DNA of 64,000 bases from Podarcis bocagei (Eukaryota), in assembly GCA_964188305.1 (NCBI GenBank), contig OZ076893.1. One strand, 5' to 3'. This document shows positions 62,415 to 64,000 of the stretch, one piece after another. The notes beneath the pieces were generated by a model, which did no database searches, had not been told where the DNA came from, and was given only the letters and a program-made list of their open reading frames with translations. How positions within the stretch are numbered: position 1 is the first letter of the stretch; every line of letters starts with the position of its first letter. The position numbers were made by a program, and so were the translations under genes.

Positions 62415-64000
62415 ATGAAACTCTTGAAAATCTGCCATCTAAAATATTTGAAGAATAAACATTAACATGAACCAACAAAACAGCTCTTCCATACTTGAGT
62501 ATTGATAAGAAAAAGAAGGTCAAGTCAAGCCCAAGGAGTGAAGTGAACAATCCAGAAGAATGTCCTTCCCAAGGACCTTTCCCCTTCTCTCTCATTATTT
62601 GAACATGAGGAAACAGAACCATAGAAAACTCCATATGATCAGCTCTCAAGATTGAATATGTTGCATACTCTATGTAGAATCATAAACTATAAATAGCAAG
62701 GTATGATTTCCAACCTATGATTAAGTGAATGTTTTCCATTCCTCCTGTGTCATTAGAGCAAATGAAGTTGTAGCTTTAAAAATTACTCTTAATAGTAGAC
62801 TAAACAAATTGCTAATGTAATAAGGTAACTGTAGATGAACGTAGTCCACCACTACTGTTACTGTGAATTAGTCTTAGATATTCACCTCATCTTGCTGGGA
62901 ATTTAATAGCTGTAGCTTCATGTGCTTCATGTAGGCCATTGTGATTGGCATGTTGTAATCAATCATGCTGGTAACCAAAGTTGGGGGCTTCCCATTATCT
63001 GTAAGAATAAACAAAGATTAAATAAGGTATGATTATGGAGCTTTTTATAAACAAAATAATTACAAATAAATGGTATATAGTACTTCATACTATGGGTGTG
63101 TTTCATCATGAAACACTGCTTTACAGCTGTCATGATGTGTGAACTGGGTCTCCTGAAAAAGTCCTGTGACAATGTTTTGGTGGATTTTAGCACTTACTTA
63201 TTATATTTATATTCCCCCTTTCTTCCATGATGACACTCAAAGCAGCAAGCACAGGGTTTTCAGGCATTATTTCATTCAGCTACAAGTCAATCCAGATATC
63301 TTTAGCATCTGCAAGGTCACCATATTATGTGCCAGAATAATATAATGGCCTGATTTAACTAGCATTCTAACTGTGCTAGAGAATAAGTCCAGCAAGGGGT
63401 AAGACTGGATGGAATGGATGGGGCAAGGGATGCTTCCTGTGTCGTTCAAGTACAAGAAAAGACTTCTGAGAAAATTTGCTCATTTATCAAATTTCTTTGG
63501 GATTCCCTCAAAATTTCTCCTGAGGAGGAATCGCCTCATTGCTCTAAAATGTTAACTTTAGTTGGAATTCTAATGGCAGTAGTACTATGTATAGGTTTGT
63601 GTGTGCATAATAATAATAATTTATTTATATAGAAGACTAAGAAGGGGATATTGTCCTTTGTCTCAAAATATATATTCAGTATAGGGCTCCTTGGTACCTT
63701 AAATGAGCCCTTATTTTTACTTTTATTTATTTATTAAAATAATCTAACTTGCCTTCCTGGACATTCCACACACACACACACACACACACGCCCCACAAGT
63801 TGCTTCACACAAAAAAATGCCCATGAAGTCATATAAACAATTTATGGAACAATCCCCCTGTTAAATGAGCAGCAGCAAATAAAAATGAGTAAGAAACTAC
63901 ATTAGTCTGATCTTCACCCTGCTGAGGGCATCAACATTCATGAGAGCACGTGAAGGCCTTTACATTAGGGGTGATACAAGCTTCATTTGCTGGCATCTCA

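Overview
Eukaryotic (vertebrate) DNA, most likely a lacertid lizard (Podarcis/Lacerta/Zootoca type), judged from young Sauria SINEs, Squam3-like CORE-SINEs and RTE/L2/CR1 fragments. The window is the middle of NOL4 (nucleolar protein 4) on the minus strand. It holds six internal coding exons, equivalent to human exons ~5-10 (133, 284, 180, ~192 partly hidden in an N-gap, 114 and 181 nt), with GT-AG boundaries where visible and consistent phases. The rest is AT-rich intron with many TEs. Main finding: two copies of one young non-autonomous hAT family (TIR CAGTGGCGTAGCGTG, perfect 8-bp TSDs) carry unrelated GC/CpG-rich host cargo starting at nearly the same internal position. Copy 1 (8548-8980) carries what reads as the 5'UTR, start codon and first ~18 codons of the extra-long G-alpha-olf isoform (GNAL-XL, MGLCYSLRPRLFG...). 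Copy 2 (36756-37739) carries an apparent first-exon/intron-1 fragment of another gene plus a complete nested 157-bp empty copy of the element. Together they look like a Pack-MULE-like gene-fragment-capturing hAT ('Pack-hAT') in a reptile. Secondary findings: a candidate 24-nt poison microexon, a near-perfect 30-bp MITE hairpin in the pre-mRNA, and several odd direct repeats. Gene and repeat identifications are from recall, not database searches.
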